From: Octopus vulgaris
Taxonomy: Eukaryota
Direction of reading: 5' to 3'
Length of the DNA: 64,000 bases
NCBI GenBank assembly: GCA_951406725.2
Contig: OX597815.1
Span: forward strand, 3,658,001 to 3,722,000
The first letter of the stretch is position 1, and every line of letters begins with the position of its first letter. Positions 13,620 to 26,886 of the stretch are shown in pieces. A model generated the notes under the pieces. The model was given only the letters and a program-made list of their open reading frames with translations, made no database searches and had not been told where the DNA came from. Made by a program: the position numbers and the translations under genes.

Positions 13620-13830
13620 TCTTTTATTCTTTTACTTGCTTAAGTAATTTGACTGCGAGCATGCTGGAGCACCACCTTGGAGGGTTTTAGTCGAACAAAT
13701 CTACCCCAAAGCTTTTTTTTTTTTAAGCTGAGCACTTTTTCTATCGGGCCCTTTTGCCAAACCGCTATTTTTACGGGGACGTAAACACACCAACGCCGTT
13801 TCTCAAGCGGTGATGGACGGACAAACACAG
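13620..13830 (-). mobile_element. SINE S2 tail half
   Basis: CTTTTACTTG...CATGCTGGAGCACCACC...TACGGGGACGTAAACACACCAAC. Confidence 0.8.
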
Positions 13831-13874
13831 GCACGAAGGCACACGCACAGACATATATTTATATGTATATATAG

Positions 13875-13939
<65 letters not shown>

Positions 13940-13941
13940 GC

Positions 13942-14070
<129 letters not shown>

Positions 14071-14156
14071 TTAGAAAACAGAGATCTATTGGATACAAAT
14101 TAATTTATTGATTAATTAACATTAACTCACACACACACACACACGTGTGTGTGTGA

Positions 14157-14477
14157 AGGCGCGTGGGTAGTGGTTCGGGCATTCGGATCACGATGGTAAG
14201 GTCGTGAGTTCAATTCCCGGTGACATGTGGTGTCCTTGAGCAAGACACTTTATTTTACGTTGCTCCAGTCCACTCACTTGGCAAAAATGAGTTGTACCTG
14301 TATTTCAAAGAGACAGCCTTGTCACACTCTGTGTCACGCCCAATCTCCCTAGTAAGTATGTGAAGGGTACACATGCCTTTGCAGTGCTCAGCCACTTGCA
14401 TATTAATTTCACAAGCAAGCTGTTCCGTTGATCGTATCAGCTGGAACTCTCGTCGTCGTAGCCGACGGAGTGCTCCT
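14157..14477 (+). mobile_element. tRNA-derived SINE, family S3 (tail type A)
   Basis: GGCGCGTGG..AGTGGTT (A box), GAGTTCAATTCCC (B box), central GTGTCCTTGAGCAAGACACTTTA...GTTGCTCCAGTCCACTCA..TGGCAAAAATGAGT. Confidence 0.8.
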
Positions 14478-14499
14478 ACATATATATACTATATATAAA

Positions 14500-14640
14500 A
14501 GATGGGTCTCTTTCAGTTTCCCATCGTTTATATATATATATACAAGGCTTTTTCGGCTCGAAGCAATTTCAGAAGACACTTGCACAAGGTGCCACGGATT
14601 GGGACTGAACCCGGAACCATATGGTTGAGAAGCCACACCA
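14500..14640 (-). mobile_element. SINE S2 head half
   Basis: CTTTCAGTTTCC...GAAGACACTTGCACAAGGTGCCACG...GGGACTGAACCCGGAACCAT. Confidence 0.75.
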
Positions 14641-15237
14641 ATATATTAACACATGTATGAATACAGATAGGCAAATACATAGACAGACAGAGAAAGAGAG
14701 AGAGAGAGACCGACAGACAGACAGACAGATCGATATATATATTGTTCCCTTCAACGCTTCCATGCTGTCTTTGGTGCCTTGTAGTACTATCTCGTAATTT
14801 ATGCTGTAGAGGCGTGAAGAGAATGAGAGAGGGGGATGGAGAGAGGAGCGGGGGGGTCTGATTGCTGTTAGTCAACGTAACTGTCCAGGTAGGAAGCAGA
14901 GAGCCGTGGTATGCTAACAACTTACCCAAATATCTGCCAAGTATGGCAGCAAGTGTCAAACTTTGAAGGCCTCTGTTTACAGATTTAATCAAGAGTTACA
15001 CTTTCTAAGTTTACTGATAAATTCCCTTCCAACTTGGAAAGTTAATGGGAAGCGGGAGGGGAGGAGAGGGAAGGCGGGGGCGCGAGGGGAGAAAGGGAAT
15101 TCGAAATAAATAAATAAATGGAAAGCATTAAAACAGCACGAAGGAAAGGAAGAGAGAAAAGAAGAAACAGGATATAAGCAATGCGATTACAAATGTGAGG
15201 ATATACATAAATACACACACATAAACATATATATATG

Positions 15238-15316
<79 letters not shown>

Positions 15317-15318
<2 letters not shown>

Positions 15319-15768
15319 TCTCTCTCCAACGCCGCTGGGGAGCGCTACATCATTTGTGTGATGTCGAAAATACTCCATCAATATTGCACAAATGATGTTG
15401 GCATCAGTTTTAAAATCCGTCCAAGACTTGGCCTCCCCACCGTGCTATCCGCTCACTACAAAAATCGAACTCAGGACACACAACAACATTACGCCACAAT
15501 TACTTTACCTCAACCGGTCCACCTCTCTTAAATAATTATACCAAAATACGTCAAAACGGAAACGGATCCCATAAAATTCAAAAGTTCACTGGAGAAATTT
15601 CTTCAAAAAATCCCAGACCAACCTCCTACACCCGGATATGTCTCCAACAATAACAACTCTTTGCTAGAGTAGGCCATGGTACCCCATATATGACTAAAAG
15701 ACTTCACCAGTTGGTGCTATCAAGTTAGACATGGCCTGGACCTATACTGGCCTAAATCTATCAAAGTT
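15317..15768 (+). mobile_element. CR1-group LINE 3' end (decayed)
   Basis: [18 protein letters not shown]...FKSSLEKFLQKIPDQPPTPGY..NNSLLE across a frameshift, then tail GGTGCTATCAAGTTAGACATGGCC. Related copies at 36370-36672 and 46128-46381. Confidence 0.75.
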
Positions 15769-15889
15769 ACATATATTCACGCTTATATCTTTAGAAAGAA
15801 AATCAAAATTCTCAATGCATGTCAATTATATAATTATTTTATGGTTATATAATTATAAAGTAATTATATAAGAATACAATATATATAAT

Positions 15890-16101
15890 TCACCCAATCT
15901 GAAAAAAGCATCTGGAAACTTTAGAAATACCCTACAATCTAGATCTATTGCAAAAGTCGGCATTACTTGGAACTGCACGCATATACCGTAAAGTACTGTC
16001 TGTCTGAGGTCCTTGTTGTGACTTAACAAACAGTACAAACCCCCCGGTACACACAATATCTTCAATCAACAACATCACGATATTTTATATTGTGCGACAG
16101 C

Positions 16102-16102
<1 letters not shown>
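15890..16102 (+). mobile_element. R4/Dong-type 3' end (divergent subfamily)
   Basis: LETLEIPYNLDLLQKSALLGTARIYRKVLSV*, then a UTR ending in (TAA)n. Confidence 0.7.
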
Positions 16103-16170
<68 letters not shown>

Positions 16171-16171
<1 letters not shown>

Positions 16172-16531
16172 TATCAATACCGGCTGATGACAACGTGTCT
16201 CTAAAAGAAATGGAGAAACTCTCAAAATACAAAGACCTGGAAATAGAGGTAACTAGAATGTGGAATCTGAAAACAGAAACAATTCCTATCATAGTAGGTG
16301 CATTAGGCATGATAAAAAAATATTCAGACAAATACATAACAAAAACACCAGGACTTACAAACACATATAACATACAGAAAATTGCACTACTAGGCACTGC
16401 ACACATCCTACGCAGAACACTTTCCATACAATAACCATCAGAGCATCACAACAAATCACAGCACATACCCAAGGCACACAGAGCTGCGCTTGGTAGTGAA
16501 GTGAAAGCACGCTATAAAAATAAAACTACTG
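16171..16531 (+). mobile_element. R4/Dong-type 3' end
   Basis: [31 protein letters not shown]...IIVGALG...LLGTAHILRRTLSIQ*; (TAA)n on both sides; same subfamily as 40501-40702. Confidence 0.85.
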
Positions 16532-16580
16532 AATAATAATAATAATAATAATAATGATAATAATGATAATAATGATAATA

Positions 16581-16628
<48 letters not shown>

Positions 16629-16632
16629 CTGC

Positions 16633-16770
<138 letters not shown>

Positions 16771-16789
16771 TTATAATTATAATAATATT

Positions 16790-17753
16790 CTAAATGATAA
16801 ATGGCAAGAAAAACCTCTCAATGGCAAATAGCCGAAGAGAGCGAATAATGTCGATGTTGACAAACCCCTGACCCATGGCTAATGGCCTCTGGCTTAAAAT
16901 CTGAAACATAAGGGTTTATCATAGCAGTTCAAGATCAATGCCTACCTACAAGGAACTACCACTCTAACATATTAAAGAACGGCAGTAGCCCAACATGTCG
17001 TGTATGCCGACAACAAAATGAAACCATTGATCACATTGCCTCCAAGTGCAGTCTTCTAGCGCCTACAGACTATCTCAACAGGCATGATAGAGCTGCACAA
17101 TATATTCACTGGGTAATTTGCAAAAGCCTGGACTTACCCAATGATAAAAACTGGTGGGGACACAAACCACCTCCAGTGCTTGAAAATGACCACATCTCAC
17201 TCCTTTGGAACTTCACCATTCAAACTGACAGAAAGATAGATGCGGATAGGCCAGACATTATATTGAAAGACTTCAGACAAAAAACATGCCTCCTCATTGA
17301 TATGACTGTCCCAATCGATATAAACGTATCTGTCAAGACCTACCAAAAACTGAGCAAATATAAAGATCTTGAAATAGAAATCAGCAAAATGTGCAACCTG
17401 AACACTAAAACAATACCTGTTGTTGTAAGTGCCCTGGGAATGATAGCAAAAGGGGCTGATCGCTACCTAACTCAGATACCAGGAAACCCCAAAATGGCAG
17501 AAATTCAAAAGATAGTGCTCATGGGAACTGCTCATATCCTACGCAAAATACTTTCTATGTAATCTCAAGTTTTAAAACAAACATAATTTTTGTATGTTTT
17601 TTTAGGCATTCACTCGTACAACTCTAAGTACGAAACCAAATATATGGCACACTAGGCATAACAACAACGTGAATTTTCCAACTTGTTGTCTCTTGAGGTC
17701 TCTGGGTGAGACTTTGAGCCAACTTGTACAAATGTAAAGCAAAAGTCAAACAG
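16790..17753 (+). mobile_element. R4/Dong-clade retrotransposon 3' fragment: CCHC knuckle + RLE domain (pseudogenised)
   Basis: GLKSET*GFIIAVQDQ, CRVC-X8-H-X4-C (CRVCRQQNETIDHIASKC), [27 protein letters not shown]. Contains stops and a frameshift; ends in (TAA)n. Confidence 0.9.
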
Positions 17754-17772
17754 AATAATAATAATAATAATA

Positions 17773-17856
<84 letters not shown>

Positions 17857-17888
17857 TTAATAATAGTAATATCTTGAGAAGTACATAG

Positions 17889-17930
<42 letters not shown>

Positions 17931-18489
17931 TATAATTTTCCCCATGTCCTGAAGAAGTGGTCGTAGACCCAAAATATAAGATAATATGGTAAAACTGCAA
18001 ATTTGTTTTGCGTTCTTTTCTTTTTTTTTGTACTTTACTTTATATCTTCTCACATTGTTCCGGCCTCAACATGTCTCTCATACATTTATATATTTCTATA
18101 TAAATACATTAATATATATATATATAAACACACACGTTATATCTGTGTGTGATGATATTTTTTATTGTCATTCCTCTTATTATTACTGCGCTTATTACTT
18201 CATTTTGTCATAATCTAATGTTTATTATCATTTATATATTATATAAAATGCTTAATATTCTCGTTCTTCCAACTCCTTAATCACCATTTTATTACATCAG
18301 TCGTCAATGATATTATTATCATTGATATTGTTCTTATAATTATGCATTCAGTTCCTATTTTTTTTTCTTATTTTACTATTTACTCGCCTTCCTATAACCT
18401 CTCTTATCATATTACAACTCATATCGTGTTGTATCGTCCTGTACTATACTCGAACTGTTTATAAATCCTCGGTGGTTAATAAAGAAAAC

Positions 18490-18492
18490 TAT

Positions 18493-18569
<77 letters not shown>

Positions 18570-18646
18570 CATCATTATTATTATTATCATTATTATTATT
18601 ATTTTCATTATCATTATTATTATTATCATTATCATTATTATTATTA

Positions 18647-18737
<91 letters not shown>

Positions 18738-18760
18738 CATCATTATCATTATTATTATTA

Positions 18761-18803
<43 letters not shown>

Positions 18804-18807
18804 TATT

Positions 18808-18882
<75 letters not shown>

Positions 18883-18917
18883 GTTATTATTATTATTATA
18901 ATTATTATTATTATTAC

Positions 18918-18986
<69 letters not shown>
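18490..18986. repeat. (ATT/ATC)n then (AGT)n microsatellite
   Basis: Visible array. Confidence 0.95.
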
Positions 18987-19423
18987 CCCATTCATTATTG
19001 TCTCGTTTATGTCTATCTTATCTATCGTATGCTATTTCGCTGTCTCACTCACGGAATACGGTCTCCCTATGTCGCTTGACTCGCACAAATCGTTGTCATA
19101 TTAAACAGTAGCTCTCTGTCAGTCTTGTTCGTTTTCTGCTGTGATATTTGTGTGTGTACAGCAACAAACGGCGGCGATAGCGGTGCGGTGTCAATAACAA
19201 GCAAACGAGCAAATTGTGATTCTGTTGCTTGGGTTAAGAGGCTCGCTTTGCAGGCAGTCACGCAGTTTCAGGTTCAATCCCATTGCGTGGAACCTTGAGC
19301 AAGTGTCTTCTTCCATGGTCCCAAGCCGACCAATGACTTCTGTGTGAATTTGCTAAACGGAAATTGTGTCATTTTGTTTCCATCATGTGTATTATTCAAG
19401 CCGTAATGTATCAATGATTGGGG

Positions 19424-19660
19424 AGGCGCAAGGTTTCGTGCTTAGGGCATTGGACTCGGAAGATTGTTGTTTCGGTTCTTGGGCCTGGCAATACGTTGGG
19501 TTCTAGAACAAAACACTTCAGTTCGCGTTGCCTCAGTCCACTCAGCTGGTGAAAATGAATAACCGTGCCACGGACCGGCGTCCCGCCCAAAGAGGAATAT
19601 ATACGCCGGATAACCCGGGAAAGGGGCCCACGGCTCCTTACTGAGTAATGTAGACTCCAT
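19424..19660 (+). mobile_element. SINE S3 (tail type B), diverged
   Basis: CAGTCCACTCAGCTGG..AAAATGA central block followed by GGACCGGCGTCCCG; matches 50020-50246. Confidence 0.7.
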
Positions 19661-19992
19661 TAACCAAAGTATGTTTTTTTTAACGATATATGTGAAAGTT
19701 TAGGTGAAATCTAGCTGCTATTTCTAGCATGGTCGAGTGCCAATGCATTGAGAGCCTCCCTTAGCTGTCTCGTTCTACTGAAAGCAGTACTTACAAATGA
19801 ACGGGTGTCAAGTATTTTAGAATCAAATTTAATTGGATTGGCTTAGAAGGAATTCAATTAAATGAAATACATATAGAGAACTATGCCTGCACAATTACCT
19901 CCCCTTTCCTTTAAAACACCACCGCCACCATCACCAACACCAACAATAGAAACGAAAACCAGAATTATCCAATTATACTACACCACCACCAA

Positions 19993-20040
<48 letters not shown>

Positions 20041-20242
20041 AGCAATAATAAGACCACAATGGTTTGTTATCATTATTCATACAAGATATTATTCTAATGG
20101 TTTCCAGTGATTTCGACGCCATGTTTGGTCACCATTCTCAGAGACATATTTCTATAAAAATCTTCCTTCAGGCCATTCTATGGTGTTTCATTCCTTATAA
20201 ATCGGAGACATCAGCATTCTCCTTACGAAAACCATTACTACT

Positions 20243-20268
20243 GCTTCTTCTTCTTCTTCTTCTTCTTC

Positions 20269-20313
<45 letters not shown>

Positions 20314-20324
20314 TTCTTCTTCTT

Positions 20325-20355
<31 letters not shown>

Positions 20356-20688
20356 TTCTTCTTCTTCTTCTCCTTCTTCTCCTTCTTCTTCTTCTTCTTC
20401 TTCTCCTTCTTCTTCTTCTTCTTCTTCTTCTTCTTCTTCTTCTTCTCCTTCTTCTTCTTCTTCTTCTTCTTCCTTTTCTTTTCTTATTGTTCATCTTCAT
20501 TCTTCTCCTTCTTCTTCTTCTCCTTCTTCTTCCACTTACTCTTCCTTTTCTTTTTCTCGTTGTTGTCGTTCTTGTTCCTCTCCTTCTCCTACCTCTTCAT
20601 CCCCCTCCTCCTCACCCTCCTTCTCTTTTTCCTCCTCCTCCCCCTCCTCTTCTATTGTTCCTACTCCCCCTCCTCTACCTTCACTTCC
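20243..20688. repeat. (CTT)n / (CCT)n polypyrimidine tract with an (ATT)n insert
   Basis: Visible array. Confidence 0.9.
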
Positions 20689-21428
20689 ATATATTGTCAA
20701 CGTTGTTGAGTATACAAAGTGTATGCATTATCTGTAAATATGTATGCGTGTATACGCTTATGTATACATGGATGTGTGTATGCATGTACATATATATATG
20801 TATGTATGTGTGTGTGTGTATGTATGCATACGAGTTTGTTTTTGTGAGTGCATGTATGTGTGTATATAGCTGTATATTGCTGTATGTATGTTTGTTTGTA
20901 TGTATGTCTATGTGTATGTATGTGCTTGTATACGTGTGTTCGATATTTTTTTGTATATGTATGTTGTGCGTATGTATGTATTCATTATGTATGTACGCAA
21001 GCGTGTTAATGTGTCTGTCTGTGTGATTGTATATGTATATGTGTATTCATGTCTGTGAACTCGCGCGTGTATGTGTGAGTGCTTGTGTGTGTATATATAT
21101 ATATGTGTGTGTGTGTGCGTATGTGTGTGTGCGTGTGTGTGTGTGTGCTTGTATAAATGTTTCTCTGTGTGTGTGTCTTTTTTAAAGCCTGATGTCGCTA
21201 TTGATTCAGAATATTTTCCTAGCCATCGCTTCAGGCGTTCCAACCGTGATCATTCCGTCAAATTTTTAAGGAGATGGGAGCGGCATCATATATCTAAGAC
21301 TATATTATCTAACGTGCCCTTTCCAGGCGGTAGATTATATTTCGAGTGTGATTTACCTACTATTACTAAATGTGCAACTACCTACAGGCGCACGCATTGT
21401 CTTGTCCTTTCTGCTCACTGTTTGTATC

Positions 21429-21483
<55 letters not shown>

Positions 21484-21509
21484 TTTCTGTAACTTAACAC
21501 ATTAAAATA

Positions 21510-21598
21510 TTCCCTGATTATCCGTTAAGCATCCAAATCCATTTGGAACACCCAATGCAGCACTGCGAGCAACCAGAACGGTGAAACGTACGTAGGAA
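21510..21598 (+). ncRNA. Hammerhead-like motif with branched helix II (G8 mutated)
   Basis: TTCC-CTGATTA-T-CCGTT...AACGG-T-GAA-ACGTACGT-A-GGAA, then CCAATAAT. Confidence 0.6.
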
Positions 21599-21699
21599 CC
21601 AATAATGTGAACTTGTACTAATAATAATTTCTCCAGAATTTGCTCTGTATTTCATAAATAGTAATACTACAAATATAGTAGTTATTTAACCAAGCAGGC

Positions 21700-21912
21700 A
21701 TGAATACGATTATCTTCGTCAAGATCTAAACCTAAGATTAGCAATGCGTGATCTAGGTTCATCTGGGACCTGGGGCAAAGTTGTTACCTGAAAACATCTA
21801 TCCCTCTACTCCATGCTACTCCCTACTCTCAGATGCTTTGGTAAGATATTAAGTAGCCTTGGGTCGTTGAATCTTGAGCTATTGCAGTACATGGACTTCA
21901 CTCCAGATGAGA
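21700..21912 (-). mobile_element. CR1-group LINE 3' fragment
   Basis: Minus strand SMYCNSSRFNDPRLLNILPKHLR...QVPDEP, the same block as in the 62013-62520 copy. Confidence 0.65.
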
Positions 21913-22279
21913 TATATATATATATATACATACGTACATACATACATACATACATACATACATACATGCATACATGCATGCATGCATACATACATACATA
22001 CATACATACATACATCTTGAGCTATTGCAGTACATGGACTTCACTCCAGATGAGATATATATATATATACATACATACGTACATACATACATACATACAT
22101 ACATACATACATACATACATGCATGCATGCATGCATACATACATACATACATACATACATACATACATACATACATACATACATACATACATACATACAT
22201 ACATACATACATACATACATACATGCATGCATACATACATACATACATACATACATACATACATACATACATACATACA

Positions 22280-22310
<31 letters not shown>

Positions 22311-22553
22311 GTTGTGTCTGGGGAGAGTCATTTTCTTTTTGTGCCTTATAATGTAACACACTCGACTATTGAAAAGGTTGCAAGACGCAACGAAAATTTT
22401 AGGAAAATAAAAATAAGAAATAAGTGGAAATTTTACCGGAAATTCTATAAGGCACAAAAAAAAAATAACTCACCCCAGACACAACAGAATATGCTTCAAC
22501 ACACGAACTCACATAAAGAATCTTGCAAACCAAATCCAAAAACAAACCACATA
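22311..22553 (+). mobile_element. pLTR-like module: 40-bp inverted repeat enclosing a U3-A8 hammerhead-like motif and AATAAA
   Basis: Arms at 22311-22350 and 22446-22485. Motif 22366-22402 reads CTA-TTGAAAA-G-GTTGC(AAGAC)GCAAC-GAA-AATT-T-TAG. AATAAA at 22406-22411. Confidence 0.65.
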
Positions 22554-22946
22554 TAAATGTGTTGTTCATAAAAAAGAAGAGAAAAAGCACTCAATACATA
22601 TCACAGAGTATAGACTGTCACGGTCATCTGATTGATCGGATACGGGGTCAACTTGATGTAACAAGCAGATATATGCTCACATCTGTATTTATGGGGACAG
22701 GTTTGATCTGATGGTCAAAGCATTGGTTCCACTCCCTCGGGTTGTGTGAAGCATTGTGCCCCTGATGAAGGCGCATTGTTTTAGATTGCTTCAGTTTATT
22801 CAGATGAAAGTAAATACCATCAATTGCTTGGGGGCAATACTGACATGGGCTGGTCGTTACATTAGGGAGGGCATTTTATGTATCCTCGGGCGCTTAAGGC
22901 TGCAGAGACAGTCAGGTGTAAGCTTTGATTAAATGGTTGTGTGTTT

Positions 22947-23019
<73 letters not shown>

Positions 23020-23146
23020 CGTGCTTGTACTGGTTAATGTCGAACGAATGTGAGGATAGTGCTTGTTACAGGGGTTATGGTCCATTTATAGAGAATGAAA
23101 TTAACATTGCGAGACAAACCCTCATTTTCTTTTCAGTAAGATGTAT

Positions 23147-23189
<43 letters not shown>

Positions 23190-23323
23190 TAGGAATGAAT
23201 GGATAGAGATAGATATATAGATAGAAACATACACACACACATATATATACACACATATATATACATACACACTCACACAGACACACACACACGCACACAC
23301 ACACACACATAAATATATATATA

Positions 23324-23542
23324 TATACAGGAGAAGAAAATGGATATATCAATGTCTAATTCGTGGTTTTCGCTGGTATGCCTTTAATTAAATTATATAA
23401 CAAAGAAGGAAGAAGCTGCCTTCATCCTTCATCTCTGCTGCTTCTTGCTCCTTCCTTCTTTGTTATATAATTAAATTAAAGGCATACCACCGAAACCCAC
23501 GAGCTTCCTATTGTTATTATACCCATTTTCTTCTCCTGTATA
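23324..23542. repeat. Fold-back inverted repeat (MITE-like or inverted pLTR)
   Basis: TATACAGGAGAAGAAAATGG...TGGTATGCCTTTAATTAAATTATATAACAAAGAAGGAAG pairs with CTTCCTTCTTTGTTATATAATTAAATTAAAGGCATACCA...CCATTTTCTTCTCCTGTATA. Confidence 0.85.
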
Positions 23543-23681
23543 ACCTGAACTACAGTTTACCAACCGAACAACTTGCTACCGTGCAACCTTACAAAAAACT
23601 GTACCTAGCCAGGTAATAAACAGGAGCGACTCTGGATTTGATTGTCCCTTAGAGGTATTAAACCCCTCTAACTGATACCTA

Positions 23682-23746
<65 letters not shown>

Positions 23747-24213
23747 CCAAATAATAAATAAAACATATGCATATATACATACATACATGTACGTACCTAC
23801 ATCTATATGTATATATACATGCATATATGGGTATAGGACACCAAAAAAACGTCGAACACAATGAGAAACGAAAACATAAACACAAAACCAAGGAAATGGA
23901 CATTTTTCTTAAACAACGAAAAAATAGAGTACAGGACAAATAACACAAAGGAACATTCCTCTTCTTCAGCCGCCTCTGTTTCATCTACTCCGCGTATCGA
24001 AGGTAAAGGCGAGACACGACTTCGTTGAAACAGTCCTTCCCGCAAAAGCAAATGAAATAAAATTTGAGATTTTTTTGCGGAGGGGTAAAAGTGGTAACAA
24101 AAACAGGACAGTAAAAACAATGCAAAATATAAACAGTAAAAGACAGGACAAGGAGAATAACAGTAACACAGACACGCACACATATATATATATATACGTA
24201 TATATATATATAC

Positions 24214-24356
<143 letters not shown>

Positions 24357-24394
24357 TATATACATATATATACATATATATATACACACACACA

Positions 24395-24484
<90 letters not shown>

Positions 24485-25829
24485 TATATTTATATATATA
24501 TACGTAATTATATATATATGTGTGTGTGGTCTGGTAATTAACCAAGACATCATAAAGAAGAATGGAGAATTTATAAGCGTCCATCTTCGATATGTATTTA
24601 TTACAGTGTTATTCTAAATTCCCATCCGACACGTGTTTCTGTTGGACGAGCGTCTCAATCTCCTTTGACCTAGCATTTCTGTGCATTTAGATGATTCAGT
24701 TAGTGTACATATGCATCCAGGGTAGACATTCCTATGCAGCTTTTGTTCAGGGTTTCAGTCATACGGGTGTGGGTGAAGCTTATATATATACCGAGGGCTG
24801 TACGGAATCCAATGAAACGAACTCAGGATTTACCAATCGAGTGAAGGACCTTGTATTTGTTTGTCTTAAACAATTCTGTATGTACGCTACCATTCGGTGT
24901 AGTTGGCCAGATCTGGATTATAATATCAGAGTTCTTCTAAGGAACCTGCTCGGATTTCAAATCCCCGTTCCGTTACGTCATATATATATCTTATATCTCT
25001 ATTATATATTATATACATACATACATACATACATACATACATGCATGCATACATACATACATACATACATACATACATACATACTTACATACACACACAC
25101 ACATACATACATACATACATACACACATACATACATACATACATACACACATACATACATACACACATACATACATACAAACATACATATATACATACAT
25201 ACATACATACATACATACATACATACATGCATACATACGTACATAGATGCGTACATACATAGATGCATACATACACACACACATACATATATACATACAT
25301 ACACGCATCAAAATTGCGTACGTCCACAGGTAAAGCACTTATGCTATTCATTAATCCATAAAAAAACAACACTATACCTCAACTACCACCGCTACTACTA
25401 CTACTGCTACTACTAAGCATTGAGGAAATGACATTGAAGAGAATAAGAGAAATAAAGATGAACAAGAAGTAAAAGGGAAAAGAACGGGAGTTAGAAAGGA
25501 AGGAAGGAAGGAAGGAAGGCAGAAACGAAGGAACGAGCGAACGAACGAACGAAAGGGAAGAAAGGTGCTGGCGATTGGTGAGATGGCGTTAAAATGGCCA
25601 ACGGTCATTGCTATTTAATATTTTGTATTTTTGAAGGTTGTCTTTGTTTGTTTATCCAGTTATTTGTCTGGTTTGACTGTGAAAAATGCTTTGTCCTAGT
25701 TTTACTTTATCTTGGTACGTACTTTAGCCAGACACCAGACACCAGACAGACAGACGGACAGACACACACACACACACACACAAACAAACACATATATACA
25801 CAAGCGATATATGTATGTAAATTTATATA

Positions 25830-26206
<377 letters not shown>

Positions 26207-26453
26207 CACGAGTGAGTGCGTATTTATTTGTATATATGCATAATATTTAGTTGCAGGATTCTTTAGAAACCAGGTATTTAACCGTGTATGAGGATAGGAA
26301 AGGTCGGGTACCGGGATTTCAAAACTATGGTTTGTTATTTGCATGCTGTAAGAGCACACATATACCTTAATGCGTCTACCTGTGAAGTAACAAGTTCTAA
26401 AATCTGCATACGAGATGCAGGTAGTGACGCTTCTGACAGGTAAGAGTCGTTCT

Positions 26454-26556
26454 CACCTCAACGTGGTTGTATCGTACAGAGCAATGTTACTATACACTGC
26501 TGGGGGTTAAAAAGAATAGCAACATTGTCTCTGTACGGAACAACCACGTTGAGGTG
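26454..26556. repeat. 103-bp hairpin (about 40-bp imperfect stem, 22-nt loop)
   Basis: CACCTCAACGTGGTTGTATCGTACAGAGCAATGTTACTAT pairs with ATAGCAACATTGTCTCTGTACGGAACAACCACGTTGAGGTG. Confidence 0.85.
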
Positions 26557-26833
26557 GCTACGCACATTACATTTTATATACAAGTACACATGTATGTATA
26601 AATGTATATATACACGATCCGGACAAACGGTAGATCCAACTCAGGGATCGTTTCCAGTATATATATATATATATATATAAACACGTACAGGTACTAATAC
26701 ACACACATATACATACACATATATATATATATAGATATATATAGAGATAGATAGATTTACTTATATATATATATATATATGTATGTATATGTAAGTATAT
26801 GCATATATATATGCATTTATATATATAAATATA

Positions 26834-26886
<53 letters not shown>

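Noticed and set aside
20100-20145. CTGAGAA...GAAATC (minus) and a similar TTGAGAA...GAAAAT at about 52955-52995 as hammerheads
   Set aside because: No palindromic helix III or convincing helix I.
21813-22055. Repeated peptide LELLQYMDFTPDE as duplicated exons or a CRISPR-like repeat
   Set aside because: It is the antisense of a CR1 fragment, has only two copies and the spacer is a microsatellite. There is no CRISPR array or cas gene in the window.
22760-22820. CTGATGAAGGC as a hammerhead core
   Set aside because: No correctly placed GAAA with helix II closure and palindrome.
23835-24130. Module between TA-rich tracts with GATACGCG (minus) as a hammerhead
   Set aside because: Probably a repeat, but neither a CUGANGA core nor an intact GAAA is present.
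24790-24980. TACCGAGGGCTG as a mariner TIR
   Set aside because: Weak match, with no partner TIR or transposase remnant.
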